58,388 bases of DNA, from NCBI GenBank assembly GCA_043797665.1, contig JAZDPL010000027.1, positions 1 through 58,388 of the forward strand, read 5' to 3'. Made by a program: the position numbers and the translations under genes. Below, piece after piece: positions 48,508-58,388 of this stretch. The stretch's first letter is position 1. The number at the start of each line of letters is the position of its first letter. The notes under the pieces were generated by a model. That model saw only the letters and a program-made list of their open reading frames with translations, had not been told where the DNA came from and made no database searches. The stretch is from Candidatus Omnitrophota bacterium. GTDB taxonomy: Bacteria > Ratteibacteria > UBA8468 > MWAK01.

Positions 48508-50514
48508 TTATTCCTGAACCATCCTTACCATTGTCAGATACTGCAATTGCGGGACGATAAAATGGACATAACCTCCCTCGGAAATGAATCTGATTCTTTT
48601 ATGTTCCGGTTCCAGGGTTATCTCTTTCACTTTCGCAGTTTTAACGCTGCATTTTATTCTTTTTACCGGCATCACTTTTTCAATGACCGCCGGTGCGCCG
48701 GGGTCGCCGATTGTCCCTAATTGATATTGCATCAAATTGAGAAGTAAATACTTCCCTTTCTTCATCAAATTCGCCTCAATTAACGGCGTGGCTTCAATGC
48801 GAAAAGGCGGTTCCGGGCACAGGTAATCCAGGAGCGATTCTATCAACCGGCGCAACCAGTGATGGTTAGTGTTCCAGTAAAGCCGAAAGATATTTCCTGC
48901 GATGTAGACCGCCGTTCCCTTTCCATAGACGTTGACCGTAATAAAAGGGTAACCGGCCGGTTCTTCAACCGGCGGAGCGTATTCGGAACGAAACGCCCTT
49001 TCCGGGTCATATTCCGCCACCGGGAAATGAAGGTCAGCCAGGACTCCGGCTTGTTTGGCCTTTATTTCAAAAGTTTTTGCCCTGACGTTAAGCGGCATCG
49101 ACTGAGAATCGTTTCTTATTTGAGGACGCAGTTTGTAATAACCGTGGGAATAGACGGAGGGTTTCCGGTATTCTATGCCAAAGACGTCCGCCATGGCAAA
49201 CTTGCCGTCGGCGAGGAGGGCGTCTCCTTCCGCAACCAGAATTCCTCCTCCCCGAACGAAATCCCGCAATCTCTTCAGCGCTTTTTCCGAATAACCACCC
49301 GGCTCCGGCATTACCGCTATTTTGTACGAGTCTAATTTTTCGATATCAAGCGCATTCAGAATATCGTACTGGATGTGATTTTCCTGGAGTATTTTAGCGG
49401 CGCCGCTGATTACCGGCATCACTCCGGGCAGCGCCTCGTCGCGGCGCCGGCACGGGATTAAAAGAGCGCAGTGTTTCACGCTCCTGGCACCCAGGAGCAG
49501 GGGTTCCCGTTCCAATACGAACGAAAAACATTTCCCAAAAAGGTCATAGACCGGTTTCTCCAGGGTACCGTCAATCTTCAGTTGGTCTCCGATGGATGCC
49601 GGAGCTCCATTTCCTATCAGCAGGGAGACCTCCGACAATAATTGCGCTTCAGGTTTGATGGTTGTTTCACCCCAGCCTCCGGTAAACCGCGAGGTCATAA
49701 CCTGGACCGGTTTTGGAAGAGTCCTTGCCCAGCGCGCCGACCGGCTGTGTGAAAGAAAAGAACAGTAATGAGGGTGAGATTCTACCACGCCGCAGTCGCT
49801 CACTTCGGAGAACTCCCGGGCATATTCCGGTTTCCAGGCCTGGTTACAGGCGATGAGCATTTCCGGGTTCCGCCTGACTATTATCTTCTTTAGCCGTTTC
49901 ATGAATCTGGCTGCGGTAAGTTGTTGAAAGCGGAGTCGTTCGGATTCAGGAAGGTCCGGAGTTAATTCCCGGCCGGTATCCCGGTTATATCGTTCCCGAC
50001 AGTATCGGCAGTAGCAAACCAGAGGTGTAACGAACGGAATGTCAATGAAGAATCCGTCTACCGGATATCCGGCCGCTACCTCCTCTAGTTGAGGAAGCGC
50101 CAGTTCATCTGAGTATGGCGAATTTGGGCAGACCAGGCGGAACTGCTGTCCCAGCGGCGGGGATTTCCCTTCTGCGTCCAAAAATCGCCAGTCTTCATGC
50201 TCATCCCAGGCGCGGTTGTCCCCGCATAGTGAATAATAAGCGGATGTTTTGATTTTGTGCTTGCGGCAGGCAAGGCCGGCTTCCTTCAGGATGTCCTTTT
50301 TCAGGCCCGAATGCCGGTAACCGACCCTGGTGTAATAGTAGGAATTTCCAAAATGGCACTTGGCGTAGAGGGAGACGTAATTTACGTGCGCCCTGGTAAG
50401 TTCCCTGACGAACTTCTCAGGGTCAAATTGTGACAGCACGCCTTTCGGGAACTCCGGCAATATCCAATCAAGATGCACCTGCCGGATATGGTCGTAAAAC
50501 CAGTTAGGCTTCAT
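48508..50514 (-). CDS. GH151/GHL6-like glycoside hydrolase (possible alpha-L-fucosidase) with trimerisation domain
   Basis: Motifs RQVHLD, AKCHFGNSYY, VDGFFID, CYCRYC, MTSRF..WG, IGDQ. Confidence 0.7.
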   Translation of the reverse strand: MKPNWFYDHIRQVHLDWILPEFPKGVLSQFDPEKFVRELTRAHVNYVSLYAKCHFGNSYYYTRVGYRHSGLKKDILKEAGLACRKHKIKTSAYYSLCGDNRAWDEHEDWRFLDAEGKSPPLGQQFRLVCPNSPYSDELALPQLEEVAAGYPVDGFFIDIPFVTPLVCYCRYCRERYNRDTGRELTPDLPESERLRFQQLTAARFMKRLKKIIVRRNPEMLIACNQAWKPEYAREFSEVSDCGVVESHPHYCSFLSHSRSARWARTLPKPVQVMTSRFTGGWGETTIKPEAQLLSEVSLLIGNGAPASIGDQLKIDGTLEKPVYDLFGKCFSFVLEREPLLLGARSVKHCALLIPCRRRDEALPGVMPVISGAAKILQENHIQYDILNALDIEKLDSYKIAVMPEPGGYSEKALKRLRDFVRGGGILVAEGDALLADGKFAMADVFGIEYRKPSVYSHGYYKLRPQIRNDSQSMPLNVRAKTFEIKAKQAGVLADLHFPVAEYDPERAFRSEYAPPVEEPAGYPFITVNVYGKGTAVYIAGNIFRLYWNTNHHWLRRLIESLLDYLCPEPPFRIEATPLIEANLMKKGKYLLLNLMQYQLGTIGDPGAPAVIEKVMPVKRIKCSVKTAKVKEITLEPEHKRIRFISEGGYVHFIVPQLQYLTMVRMVQE

Positions 50515-52544
50515 ATCAGGACCAGCCGTATCTGCCAGGACGGAATCGGCGGCATTGGGAAGACGCGGTATGGCTCGTCACTTCCGGAAAATCCGGATTT
50601 GGATTCCCGGCAAGCCATATCAAATACCTGCGCTTCTTTTTTGCCGGTCAGGACGGACAGTTTCACGCCTTCGGCTTCGTCCAGGGACGTATTGAGTAAG
50701 ATTACCGCCAGCCGGTTCGCCTCCAGTTTTCTAATCCAGACGCCGATTCGGTGATAGGAGGAAACATAGGCGGGCAAATTATCTCTGGAAATCCAGCGCA
50801 TGACCGCTTTAATCTGTGATGATTTTGAAAGGTTCTGGAGGAATTTCCAGGGGTAATATCCGGCGGTGCATACGCGGCCGCCCAGTCGGTTTTCAAACAC
50901 GCCTATACAGCAGGGGAAAATCTCCCTGCCGGCGTAGTCTATCCCTTTAGCCAGAATACGGCATTGTTTGGAAACCGGTTTCAACGCAACGGCGCTCTGC
51001 CGCCACCAGAATGACTGTCTGGCGTCTCTCTTGTGCCCGGCAAAACGGCCGTTCAGGGGGTCGCCGGTGAATTCCTCCAGGCAGTCCTTGTCAATCCGGT
51101 CTTCAACCGTGAATCCGGTCAGATCCCCGTACCCCATTTCATTTAACCTTTCCAGCGCCTCGCCGTCCATATAAAGGCCGGAAGAGAGTATTTTCAGTAT
51201 TTCTTCTTTCTTAAGTCCCGGGACAATCTGCCCGGTCAGCACGGCTGCCTGGCTTCCGTCCAGGGAATATGCCGGGGAAATTCCAATCTGCAGCATTTCA
51301 TTGCAGATGCCCAGCCCTTTCCAGAATCCTGAATCTTCGCCGAACCATTCACCTTCGGATAAGTTGCTTGTTGCGTAACTATCCTTATTCCAAACGGTCC
51401 GGATTCCCTGGGTTTCCGTTCCGGCGGTGGTTCCGGCCAACAGGTCAAAAAATGGTCGGTAGTGTTGCAGCGTTTTGATTAGAGACCGATATTCGGTAAG
51501 CGGTTCATCGTAGAGGGAAAGAACGTTAAAAGCCGTGCCGGTACAGCCGGCCGCGATATAGACCGCTGATTCCAGGGCGGTGATTCGCTCGGATTTTTGC
51601 AGACGCTGATACGTAAAATTCTCAACTTCCGATTGGATTAAGACGATGTCTTTTGGAAGTACCGATACCTGGCGTCCTATGGTGTCCGCTTTTTCCATGA
51701 CTTCGACCGGGCATCTGTCCGTGTAAAAACCGCCGCCCGGTCTCCACCTGACTTCAGACCCGTCCGGGCCGGAAAGCACCCTTGCCCAGTTGTCTAAATC
51801 ATAGCCCTCTTCGAACCGGTCGCCGGTCATAAGCCCGAGAGAAATTCCCGGTTTTATGCCGTGCACCGCCTTTTCTATGATTTCCAGTAATCCGGTAATC
51901 GTGCTGCGGTTGTGTTTCAACCACGCCTGCCTGATTTCCATCTTTTCCCCGGCGGTTCCGTTGTTGAAGGATTCTTTCAGGGTTTTCCGAGTGTAGCTTT
52001 TGCCGGTCTCCTTTGCGAAAATGGCAAGGCAGGCGTCACAGAAACAGGCGTATTTTATCGGCCGGTGATTGGCAAGACGGACGTCGTCGTCAATCCAGAT
52101 GAAATCCGGATTTGCCGCGGCAGCGCTTTCATAAATCTGTTTTACGTAATTTTGCACCCCTTTATCGGTTGGACAGAACGACCCCAGGCAAATTTTACCA
52201 TCTATATCGGTCATGGGGGTATATTCGCCTGACAGGGAATTGGGAAGGTTCTCTTCGTGGTGGCTCAGGGTGGCTAAGACGTTGATGCCGGCATTAAGGC
52301 CTGCCGTTTTGACAGACCTTATCCGGTCGGCTGCCACTCTTGCCCGTTCCTGAAATACTTCAAGGGGAAGCGGTGAATGCGTCTCTGCGGTAAAGAGCGC
52401 AATCTCGTCCGTGACTCCGCCGTAATCCTTGAAGATGGAGAGCAATTCCCGGAAACGCGTTTCCGGGAGCCACGAATTGATTCCTACCCGGAAGGAAATA
52501 GATGCTTTTTTGACCATTTTTTCATACCAATTCACTTCAATCAT
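50511..52544 (-). CDS. Hypothetical glycoside-hydrolase-like protein
   Basis: 677-aa ORF in the operon. PDFIWIDDDVR and CFCDAC motifs resemble the neighbouring GH barrels. Confidence 0.5.
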   Translation of the reverse strand: MIEVNWYEKMVKKASISFRVGINSWLPETRFRELLSIFKDYGGVTDEIALFTAETHSPLPLEVFQERARVAADRIRSVKTAGLNAGINVLATLSHHEENLPNSLSGEYTPMTDIDGKICLGSFCPTDKGVQNYVKQIYESAAAANPDFIWIDDDVRLANHRPIKYACFCDACLAIFAKETGKSYTRKTLKESFNNGTAGEKMEIRQAWLKHNRSTITGLLEIIEKAVHGIKPGISLGLMTGDRFEEGYDLDNWARVLSGPDGSEVRWRPGGGFYTDRCPVEVMEKADTIGRQVSVLPKDIVLIQSEVENFTYQRLQKSERITALESAVYIAAGCTGTAFNVLSLYDEPLTEYRSLIKTLQHYRPFFDLLAGTTAGTETQGIRTVWNKDSYATSNLSEGEWFGEDSGFWKGLGICNEMLQIGISPAYSLDGSQAAVLTGQIVPGLKKEEILKILSSGLYMDGEALERLNEMGYGDLTGFTVEDRIDKDCLEEFTGDPLNGRFAGHKRDARQSFWWRQSAVALKPVSKQCRILAKGIDYAGREIFPCCIGVFENRLGGRVCTAGYYPWKFLQNLSKSSQIKAVMRWISRDNLPAYVSSYHRIGVWIRKLEANRLAVILLNTSLDEAEGVKLSVLTGKKEAQVFDMACRESKSGFSGSDEPYRVFPMPPIPSWQIRLVLI

Positions 52545-52565
52545 ATGACATCGTTACCTGCGTCG

Positions 52566-54773
52566 TTAAATCGTCTGCTCTGTTTCTATCACGACCGTTC
52601 CCCACAGTCCTGTTTTTGGCACCGTGATTTCACTGAAGCCTTCCTTCGTTGTAAAATTCAGTTTTTCCATTGAAGGCACCAGGTACGTCTTGGATATGTT
52701 GCCATTAACTAACACCCTGATTCCGTATACCGGGTTTGTCTCTTCAAATATTATCTTTCTCGTTGTCACGCCAGTATTAATTTGAGTTACCAAATCGTAA
52801 TGGGATTCTCCTCGTCTCTGCTCGGGACAATTGACGAAATGAAGTATTTTCCTCCCCTTGTCTTTTTGTTCGAAGAATGTAACTTCAACATTTAGCGGCG
52901 CGGCGATTCTTATCTGAGGTTTTTCAGGGGCCACATGCAGCACGGCATTGTTCAGCAATTGTCTGAACACTTTGAATCCAAAGCGAGCGTAATTATCTTC
53001 AGCATTACCCGAAATATAAACCACCTTGCCTTTTCCGTAATTGTTTGAAATTACAAATGGGTTGTTGGTTACGCGTCCCGGTGGGCTCATGAAATTTCCA
53101 TACCATTTCTCGGCACTCTTTTGTCCGATGGGATTCACCATCCAGCCGTGTACGTTGACATCCTCGGTGGGTATGACCTCCAATGTTGAGCCGCGATGCA
53201 GATGAAACCTTTTTTCAATACCCTCGGTAAGTTGTGTGCACTCGAACTTTATGTAATTATCCGTAAACTCGGAAACTCTCTTAAATCTGCATCCAAATAT
53301 TTCGCTGAGTCCGAAATTGTCTTTGAATTCATAGTTCTCGTTAGCCAGGGAAGTCAGGTGCGTGGCGACTAATCCGCCCCCGTTTTTAACAAACTCGGAT
53401 ATTTGTTCTACCTGGCGGTCGCTCAGGCACACGGCGTTGGATAACACGAGAACCTTGTACTTGTTCAGTTCTGCCTGGTTGAGATGTCTGTCTGAAACGA
53501 TGTCAACGGCCTGGTGCCCTTCAAACAAAGCACGGTATCCTCCGATAAAGGAAGGAACGTACTTCTCGAGGTTGTCTGCACCATGGTAATCTTTTGTTTT
53601 CTGCGAGTAATAAAGGGCAATAAATTTTGTTGGTTCTGCGCCGGCCAACCATTTTTCCCTTTCTTCTATCTCTTGATACGCCTCTCCCAAAATGTCATAT
53701 ACCGCCTTTTCAAGCCGGCCAGTGTGATATGGCTGGTCTATGACCGTAACTCCCGCACCGTTAGCGGCAGCGGTGAAGATTTCAAATTTCAGCTGCTCGG
53801 CGGGTTTGATGGAATAATCCCAACCTTGGACAAAACGGTGTGTCATTACATCATAGTGCTTGCCGCCGCTAACTCCTCTCATGAACCTGGCTAACTGGCT
53901 GGGACACATGGCTTCGGTTTCTCCTGTCACGTAATCGGCAGATTCCGTAAACTCCTCGGCAGTAACTCCTACCCGCCAATTAACAATCCAGTAACCATGG
54001 AAGTTATGAGAAAAGGAAACGTTCGGCTTCACGCTCCTAATCAATTTCTCCATATCAAAGATGCATTCGCGCAGGCACTTGCTTCTCCAATCTAAGTATC
54101 TCCTCCATACCAAAGATTGCCAATCAATTACAACCGGAATTTCTCCGCCAAGTTCTTCTCGGTATTTCTTCTTACAATAATCGCAATAGCATAACTGTTT
54201 CTGGGTGTGATAAACGAACATATCCAGAAATATACCATCCATATCATAATTTTTTGCTATTTCTTTTACCTGCGAGATTGCGTACTCGCGGTAAGGACTG
54301 TTTAAGCAAACGATATGCCAGGGAGCAGAAACAAGGTTGCTGTTTTTTGCGGGGGTCCCGTCCGGCTCACGACATGACCAATCAGGGTTTTTCATCGCCG
54401 CTCCCGTGTCCCAACTGATGCAGTAATATGCGATAGCTTTTATCCCCACGGCGTGAGCAGCGGACAGCCATTCGCTTAGCAGGTCTCTATCCTTCAGGGC
54501 AGAATGCTTGTGCCCCACGGCAGTATTGTAGTACGAATTGCCATAGCAGTCTTTAGCTGAAAAATACGCGGCATTTATGTGCGCCCTTTTAAACTCTTTT
54601 ATTATTTTTTGGGGATTCAACTCCGTAAACAATCCCGAAGGCCACTCAGGGGTATGAAAATCCAGCAGCAGTCTCCTTTTGTTCTCAAGGAACCATTCGC
54701 GCGCCGTCACACTTTCCTTTTTGCCGTTGGTGTCTTTTCTCATCGTATGTTCAGCATTTCTATTTCTGGTCAT
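52566..54773 (-). CDS. GH151/GHL6-like glycoside hydrolase with trimerisation domain
   Basis: Motifs LLDFHTP, AKDCYGNSYY, MDGIFLD, CYCDYC, FVKNGGGLVAT. Paralogous to 48508-50514. Confidence 0.7.
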   Translation of the reverse strand: MTRNRNAEHTMRKDTNGKKESVTAREWFLENKRRLLLDFHTPEWPSGLFTELNPQKIIKEFKRAHINAAYFSAKDCYGNSYYNTAVGHKHSALKDRDLLSEWLSAAHAVGIKAIAYYCISWDTGAAMKNPDWSCREPDGTPAKNSNLVSAPWHIVCLNSPYREYAISQVKEIAKNYDMDGIFLDMFVYHTQKQLCYCDYCKKKYREELGGEIPVVIDWQSLVWRRYLDWRSKCLRECIFDMEKLIRSVKPNVSFSHNFHGYWIVNWRVGVTAEEFTESADYVTGETEAMCPSQLARFMRGVSGGKHYDVMTHRFVQGWDYSIKPAEQLKFEIFTAAANGAGVTVIDQPYHTGRLEKAVYDILGEAYQEIEEREKWLAGAEPTKFIALYYSQKTKDYHGADNLEKYVPSFIGGYRALFEGHQAVDIVSDRHLNQAELNKYKVLVLSNAVCLSDRQVEQISEFVKNGGGLVATHLTSLANENYEFKDNFGLSEIFGCRFKRVSEFTDNYIKFECTQLTEGIEKRFHLHRGSTLEVIPTEDVNVHGWMVNPIGQKSAEKWYGNFMSPPGRVTNNPFVISNNYGKGKVVYISGNAEDNYARFGFKVFRQLLNNAVLHVAPEKPQIRIAAPLNVEVTFFEQKDKGRKILHFVNCPEQRRGESHYDLVTQINTGVTTRKIIFEETNPVYGIRVLVNGNISKTYLVPSMEKLNFTTKEGFSEITVPKTGLWGTVVIETEQTI

Positions 54774-54793
54774 GTATACATCTTCCTTCTCCT

Positions 54794-55798
54794 TCAGGCA
54801 ATTCTTTCCAGTATATCTTTTGTTACCGGATAGACCGGCTTCTTTCCGGAAAAGAAGCGCTCCAGTTCAGTCACCTCGTAATTGCCCTGACGGAAGCGAT
54901 TATTGGCAACCGCGCCGGCTATGTGCGGGATAAGGACGACGTTCTCCAGCGTCCGCAAAGGGCTGCCCTCGGCCGTCGGCTCCGGGTCGGTGACGTCCAG
55001 AAGGGCAAAGATTTTTCCGGTGCGCAAGACCTTAATCAGCGCTTCTTCATCGATGAGCGAACCCCGGGCGGTATTGACCAGAACCGTATTTTCCTTCATC
55101 AGGGAAAGGTTCCCTTCATTTATCATGTGGTAAGTGGCCGGAAGGGAAGGGGCGTGCAGGGAGACCGCTTCACAGGTCTGCATCAATTTCTTTAAGGAGG
55201 TTTTCTCCGCGCCTAATTTTGCGGCTTCTTCTTTGGTCACAAACGGGTCATACAGGAGGATTTTGACATCAAAGTTTTTCAGGAGTTTAATCAGGTGTCT
55301 CCCGACGTATCCGGCGCCCACCACGCCAATGCTGATTTTATAAAACTCTTTCACTTTTGAGGTCTGCGCATCGTCCTTCCAGATTCCCTGTTTGGTGGTC
55401 TTGGCGAACGGGTAGACCCTTTTCAGGCCGGTGATCAGGAGGCCCAGGGAAAACTCGGCGACACCGATGGCGATGGAAGAAGCGGCCGAGGTTACCGTTA
55501 TCTTCCTTTTCCACACCTCATCGCCGACAACAATGCCTTTAACCGAACCGGCGGAATGGGCAATGATTTTCAGGTTCGGCGCGGAATCCAGCATTTCCTT
55601 TGTCAGCGTCGGGGTTCCCCAGCCGGTGATGATGCCGTCTGTTCCCCGGATGAGTTTTCCGGCGGCCGCTTCGTCCAATTCCCGGAACTCTTCAAACTGA
55701 ACGGCCGCGAATTTTTTTAATCTTGCCATTTCCTCCCGGTTGAGAATCTGGCTTTTCATCTTTGCATCCAGCAAAATTCCAACTCTTGGTTTTTTCAT
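54794..55798 (-). CDS. D-isomer-specific 2-hydroxyacid dehydrogenase family protein
   Basis: Motifs GVVGAGYVG, YDP, VNTARG, LDVTDPEP, PHIAG. Confidence 0.9.
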   Translation of the reverse strand: MKKPRVGILLDAKMKSQILNREEMARLKKFAAVQFEEFRELDEAAAGKLIRGTDGIITGWGTPTLTKEMLDSAPNLKIIAHSAGSVKGIVVGDEVWKRKITVTSAASSIAIGVAEFSLGLLITGLKRVYPFAKTTKQGIWKDDAQTSKVKEFYKISIGVVGAGYVGRHLIKLLKNFDVKILLYDPFVTKEEAAKLGAEKTSLKKLMQTCEAVSLHAPSLPATYHMINEGNLSLMKENTVLVNTARGSLIDEEALIKVLRTGKIFALLDVTDPEPTAEGSPLRTLENVVLIPHIAGAVANNRFRQGNYEVTELERFFSGKKPVYPVTKDILERIA

Positions 55799-55814
55799 GC
55801 TTTTCCGTCCCCCT

Positions 55815-56750
55815 TCAGGTTTTTATGGTGTAAGACATGCCGCCCATTTTAGCCCTGACTTTCCGCGAACGTTCAAAGTATTGGTACAGGGTTATAATCT
55901 TGAATTCCCTGATGAGTTCGGAGACCTCCAGGCCTTTTCTTAAACTGGTGATGATGCAGAACGCCTCTAGCCGCAAGTCCTCTAAGAGGACGTCCCCGGG
56001 GTACTTCTTTTGCATGGCCTCTATTCTTTCCAGGTTCTTGTCCATGTGTACCAACCGGCGGTTAAGATTCAAGGTATAAGTGGCCGTCGGCAGAAAATCA
56101 CTTGTCTGACCGACTGTCCGGCCGGCGCAGTCAATTATCCGGTTGTAATCGTACCAGGTGCTTGCGGCAACGTTGAACCCATAACGTACCGCCCAGACGT
56201 CAAGCAGACGACCTCCCGGAAAGACGGACGAGAAAAGTATCAGTTCTGTTGCCTGTTTCAGATAGATTTCCGCCAGTTCCAGGAAGTTGATGTCAAAACA
56301 GATGGCTCCTCCGATTCGGCCGAAATCGCATAAATAGGAGTTAAACTCCCTGCCCGGCTTAACGCCCGCATTCATTTCGTACAGGGTCGGCGTAATCTTA
56401 TCGAACGTCCAAACGTGTTTCCCCTGCCGGTTCAGGAGCAGCAGACTGTTGTAGAGCGTCTTGCCGCTGCGCCGGAAGAGACCAAAGGCGATATATGTCC
56501 GGTATTTTCTGGCCAGCGGCGCGAGTTCTTCAAATATGGGTCCGGGAACGGTCTGGCTGATACGGGCCAATTCGGCGGTCGTCCATTTTTCCACCAATGA
56601 ATTGCCGAAAACCTCCGGCAGCAGAATAAGGTCCGCCTTATCCCTTCCGGCACGGGCGATTCGTTCCTTCACCCGGGAAATGACCGTGGCGTCATCCTGT
56701 ACTATCACTCCTCTTCTGGTATTGATGATGGAAATGCGTACTTCCCGCAT
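55815..56750 (-). CDS. Carbon-nitrogen hydrolase (nitrilase/amidase superfamily)
   Basis: Glu-Lys-Cys triad contexts LLPEVF, FDKI, ICFDINF. Confidence 0.85.
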   Translation of the reverse strand: MREVRISIINTRRGVIVQDDATVISRVKERIARAGRDKADLILLPEVFGNSLVEKWTTAELARISQTVPGPIFEELAPLARKYRTYIAFGLFRRSGKTLYNSLLLLNRQGKHVWTFDKITPTLYEMNAGVKPGREFNSYLCDFGRIGGAICFDINFLELAEIYLKQATELILFSSVFPGGRLLDVWAVRYGFNVAASTWYDYNRIIDCAGRTVGQTSDFLPTATYTLNLNRRLVHMDKNLERIEAMQKKYPGDVLLEDLRLEAFCIITSLRKGLEVSELIREFKIITLYQYFERSRKVRAKMGGMSYTIKT

Positions 56751-56774
56751 GGTGCCTCCTTTTAACCCGGGACT

Positions 56775-58193
56775 CTATCCGGGTTTCTTGCCAAGGGTTC
56801 TATCCGCCTCGCGATATATTTTTTCAATCGCCTCGCGTTTGTCTCCAGGCAAACTGAAATTGTGTTCGGCAATCTTTTTCCGGGCAGTTTCCCTGGCTTT
56901 TTCCTTCAACTCTTCCCCTGAGAATTTGAAGAATAATTCCGGCTCAAGGTAAATTTCTCTGTGCTGTAACGTAGTCGGATGGTCCAGAAAACTGTTTGGC
57001 ATCCCGGTATAGATGGCTTCCTCAATCACTTTTAGGGATATGCCTTTTTCCTCATCCAATTTAAGGCCGCCGGCAAACCTTTCGCAGTGCCTGACGATAT
57101 CGGCTTGAATCACTGCCATGACCGGGTTGAAGCCGTCAAGCTCGCCGCCGGTTCCGGAACTGTCCCCGCCTATCCCTATAACGGAAGTGGCGCCGTCGCA
57201 GATACCCATGCCCAGGGCAAACGCTACCCGGAAAACGTCGCTGAGGCTGTTTATGTTGCACGCAAAGTCAACGCCGAATTTCTCTCCCAGCACGTATTTT
57301 ATTACCTGGCTGACCGCCAGACAATAAAGGATTGATTCCGGAAACGGCTTGGCCGGCTGCATTTTCCTGACGTCAAAGATAAAGCCGCCAAAAGAACAAT
57401 AACCGTAAACTTCCGGGTCAATCAGTTTTGGAGTGATATAGGCAGCAAGCGCCTCCGCCATACCCTGTACCAGCATGCCGGGAAAGAAGATGGGTGCAGA
57501 GGCGCCGGGCATGGGAGCGGCGCCGCCTCCCAGGCAGATGCCGGAAAGGTTGTATTGATGGTTTCTGTTCTGGTAAATAACGTCCAGGCAGTTGTGGTTT
57601 AATCTTAACGGACTGATAGGTATTTCCAGGGCGCAGTAAGGGGGTTTTCTACCCGAAACCTGGCCAATCCTGCACATAAGATCTGCTTCCTTTATGTTTT
57701 CCGCCACGCACCAGCCGCCCATTTCCCGGCTATTTTCCACGCACACCTTTTCGGTGGCTACCTGTCGCAGGTGGACCGGAACGGTCTGCAGGTGGATTGG
57801 CGAAGGCCCGTACATTTGATAAGAGTCGCATAACTTGACCGCGGCAATGCAATCATTCAGAGTAGCCAGACGGGTTTCCCCGGTGTCAATGTCCGTATAA
57901 TACCGTCCCATGTAAGGCGGGAGCATGCGGAACTTTTCTTCGCCTTTCCGGTTGTAAGAATACTCAGCGTTCTGCTGCTTGATTTGAGGGATGAAATCTT
58001 CTACCAGTTTCCGGTCGTAATGCACCCGCTTACCTTTCACTTCTATTCCTTTCTGTCCGGCAAGGAATGCCAATATAGCCGGGTGGTCTATCTCCACTCC
58101 TATCTTTTCCAGGACCACAAGGATTTCCCGGTGGATATTCTTCAGGTCTTCCTCGGTAAGCCCGCCGGATAACCGGTATTTTCTGTAAACCAT
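56775..58193 (-). CDS. Trimethylamine methyltransferase (MttB) superfamily protein, divergent, non-pyrrolysine
   Basis: LTEEDLKNIH...VLEKIGVE, RLATLND, PISPLRL, GASAP..PGMLVQGMAEALA, FLDHPTT. No in-frame TAG. Confidence 0.7.
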   Translation of the reverse strand: MVYRKYRLSGGLTEEDLKNIHREILVVLEKIGVEIDHPAILAFLAGQKGIEVKGKRVHYDRKLVEDFIPQIKQQNAEYSYNRKGEEKFRMLPPYMGRYYTDIDTGETRLATLNDCIAAVKLCDSYQMYGPSPIHLQTVPVHLRQVATEKVCVENSREMGGWCVAENIKEADLMCRIGQVSGRKPPYCALEIPISPLRLNHNCLDVIYQNRNHQYNLSGICLGGGAAPMPGASAPIFFPGMLVQGMAEALAAYITPKLIDPEVYGYCSFGGFIFDVRKMQPAKPFPESILYCLAVSQVIKYVLGEKFGVDFACNINSLSDVFRVAFALGMGICDGATSVIGIGGDSSGTGGELDGFNPVMAVIQADIVRHCERFAGGLKLDEEKGISLKVIEEAIYTGMPNSFLDHPTTLQHREIYLEPELFFKFSGEELKEKARETARKKIAEHNFSLPGDKREAIEKIYREADRTLGKKPG

Positions 58194-58208
58194 CCTACCT
58201 CCAGTCGG

Positions 58209-58388
58209 TCATCGTTCCTTTTCAATCGTTTCCAGCAGTATGTCCGTATTTTCCGGCGGCGTTTCAGACAGGATGTAGTTTGAAACTCCGACAATTGTCC
58301 CGCCGTACTTTTTTGCCGTTTCCAGGGATGAGAGAACTTCCTGCCTGACTGCTTCTTTGTTTCCCCGTGCCAGCGTCCAGGAACTGAT
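58209..58388 (-). CDS. URO-D/MtaA-family protein, C-terminal fragment (runs off window)
   Basis: Manual translation ISSWTLARGNKEAVRQEVLSSLETAKKYGGTIVGVSNYILSETPPENTDILLETIEKER* fits a URO-D C-terminus. Confidence 0.7.
   Translation of the reverse strand: MSSWTLARGNKEAVRQEVLSSLETAKKYGGTIVGVSNYILSETPPENTDILLETIEKER

Noticed and set aside
56775..58193. Pyrrolysine-containing MttB, which could explain the aldolase TAG
   Set aside because: The 472-aa ORF has no internal TAG and no pyl genes are visible in the window.

Overview
Bacterial chromosomal window, probably from an anaerobic carbohydrate degrader. DUF1559-type prepilin genes beside glycosidase clusters suggest a PVC-like lineage, at low confidence. 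(1) 1-8216: sugar-phosphate catabolic operon built around a divergent RuBisCO-like protein, with a GatZ/KbaZ-like gene, SIS isomerase, class II aldolase with an in-frame TAG at codon 11, TPP E1 alpha/beta, TIM-barrel isomerase, Gfo/Idh/MocA oxidoreductase and AraC regulator. (2) 8333-24546: GntR-regulated glycan cluster with two near-identical prepilin genes, GH35, GH106-like, unknown GH-like and two URO-D-family genes. It is bounded by a duplicated 353-bp tail of the oxidoreductase gene. (3) 25101-29207: four small self-promoted modules (DUF2281/PIN, AAA-DUF4143 ATPase, MNT/HEPN, inverted nucleotidyltransferase pair), each delimited by a ~35-bp direct repeat that is the 3' end of the AraC gene, with no integrase in the window. 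This is the most unusual structure. (4) 29287-42319: GH106-like gene with in-frame palindromic insertions, mnmG with an in-frame REP, dxs, ferredoxin, gyrB, a TMTC-like TPR protein and mazEF. (5) 42529-58388: minus-strand catabolic operon with enolase-family, DUF4838, GH42, GH151-like, dehydrogenase, nitrilase, MttB-like and URO-D-like genes. Several REP-like palindrome families occur, some supplying stop codons or lying in-frame in genes. No rRNA, tRNA or CRISPR was recognised. All family assignments are by-eye motif recognition; no searches were run.
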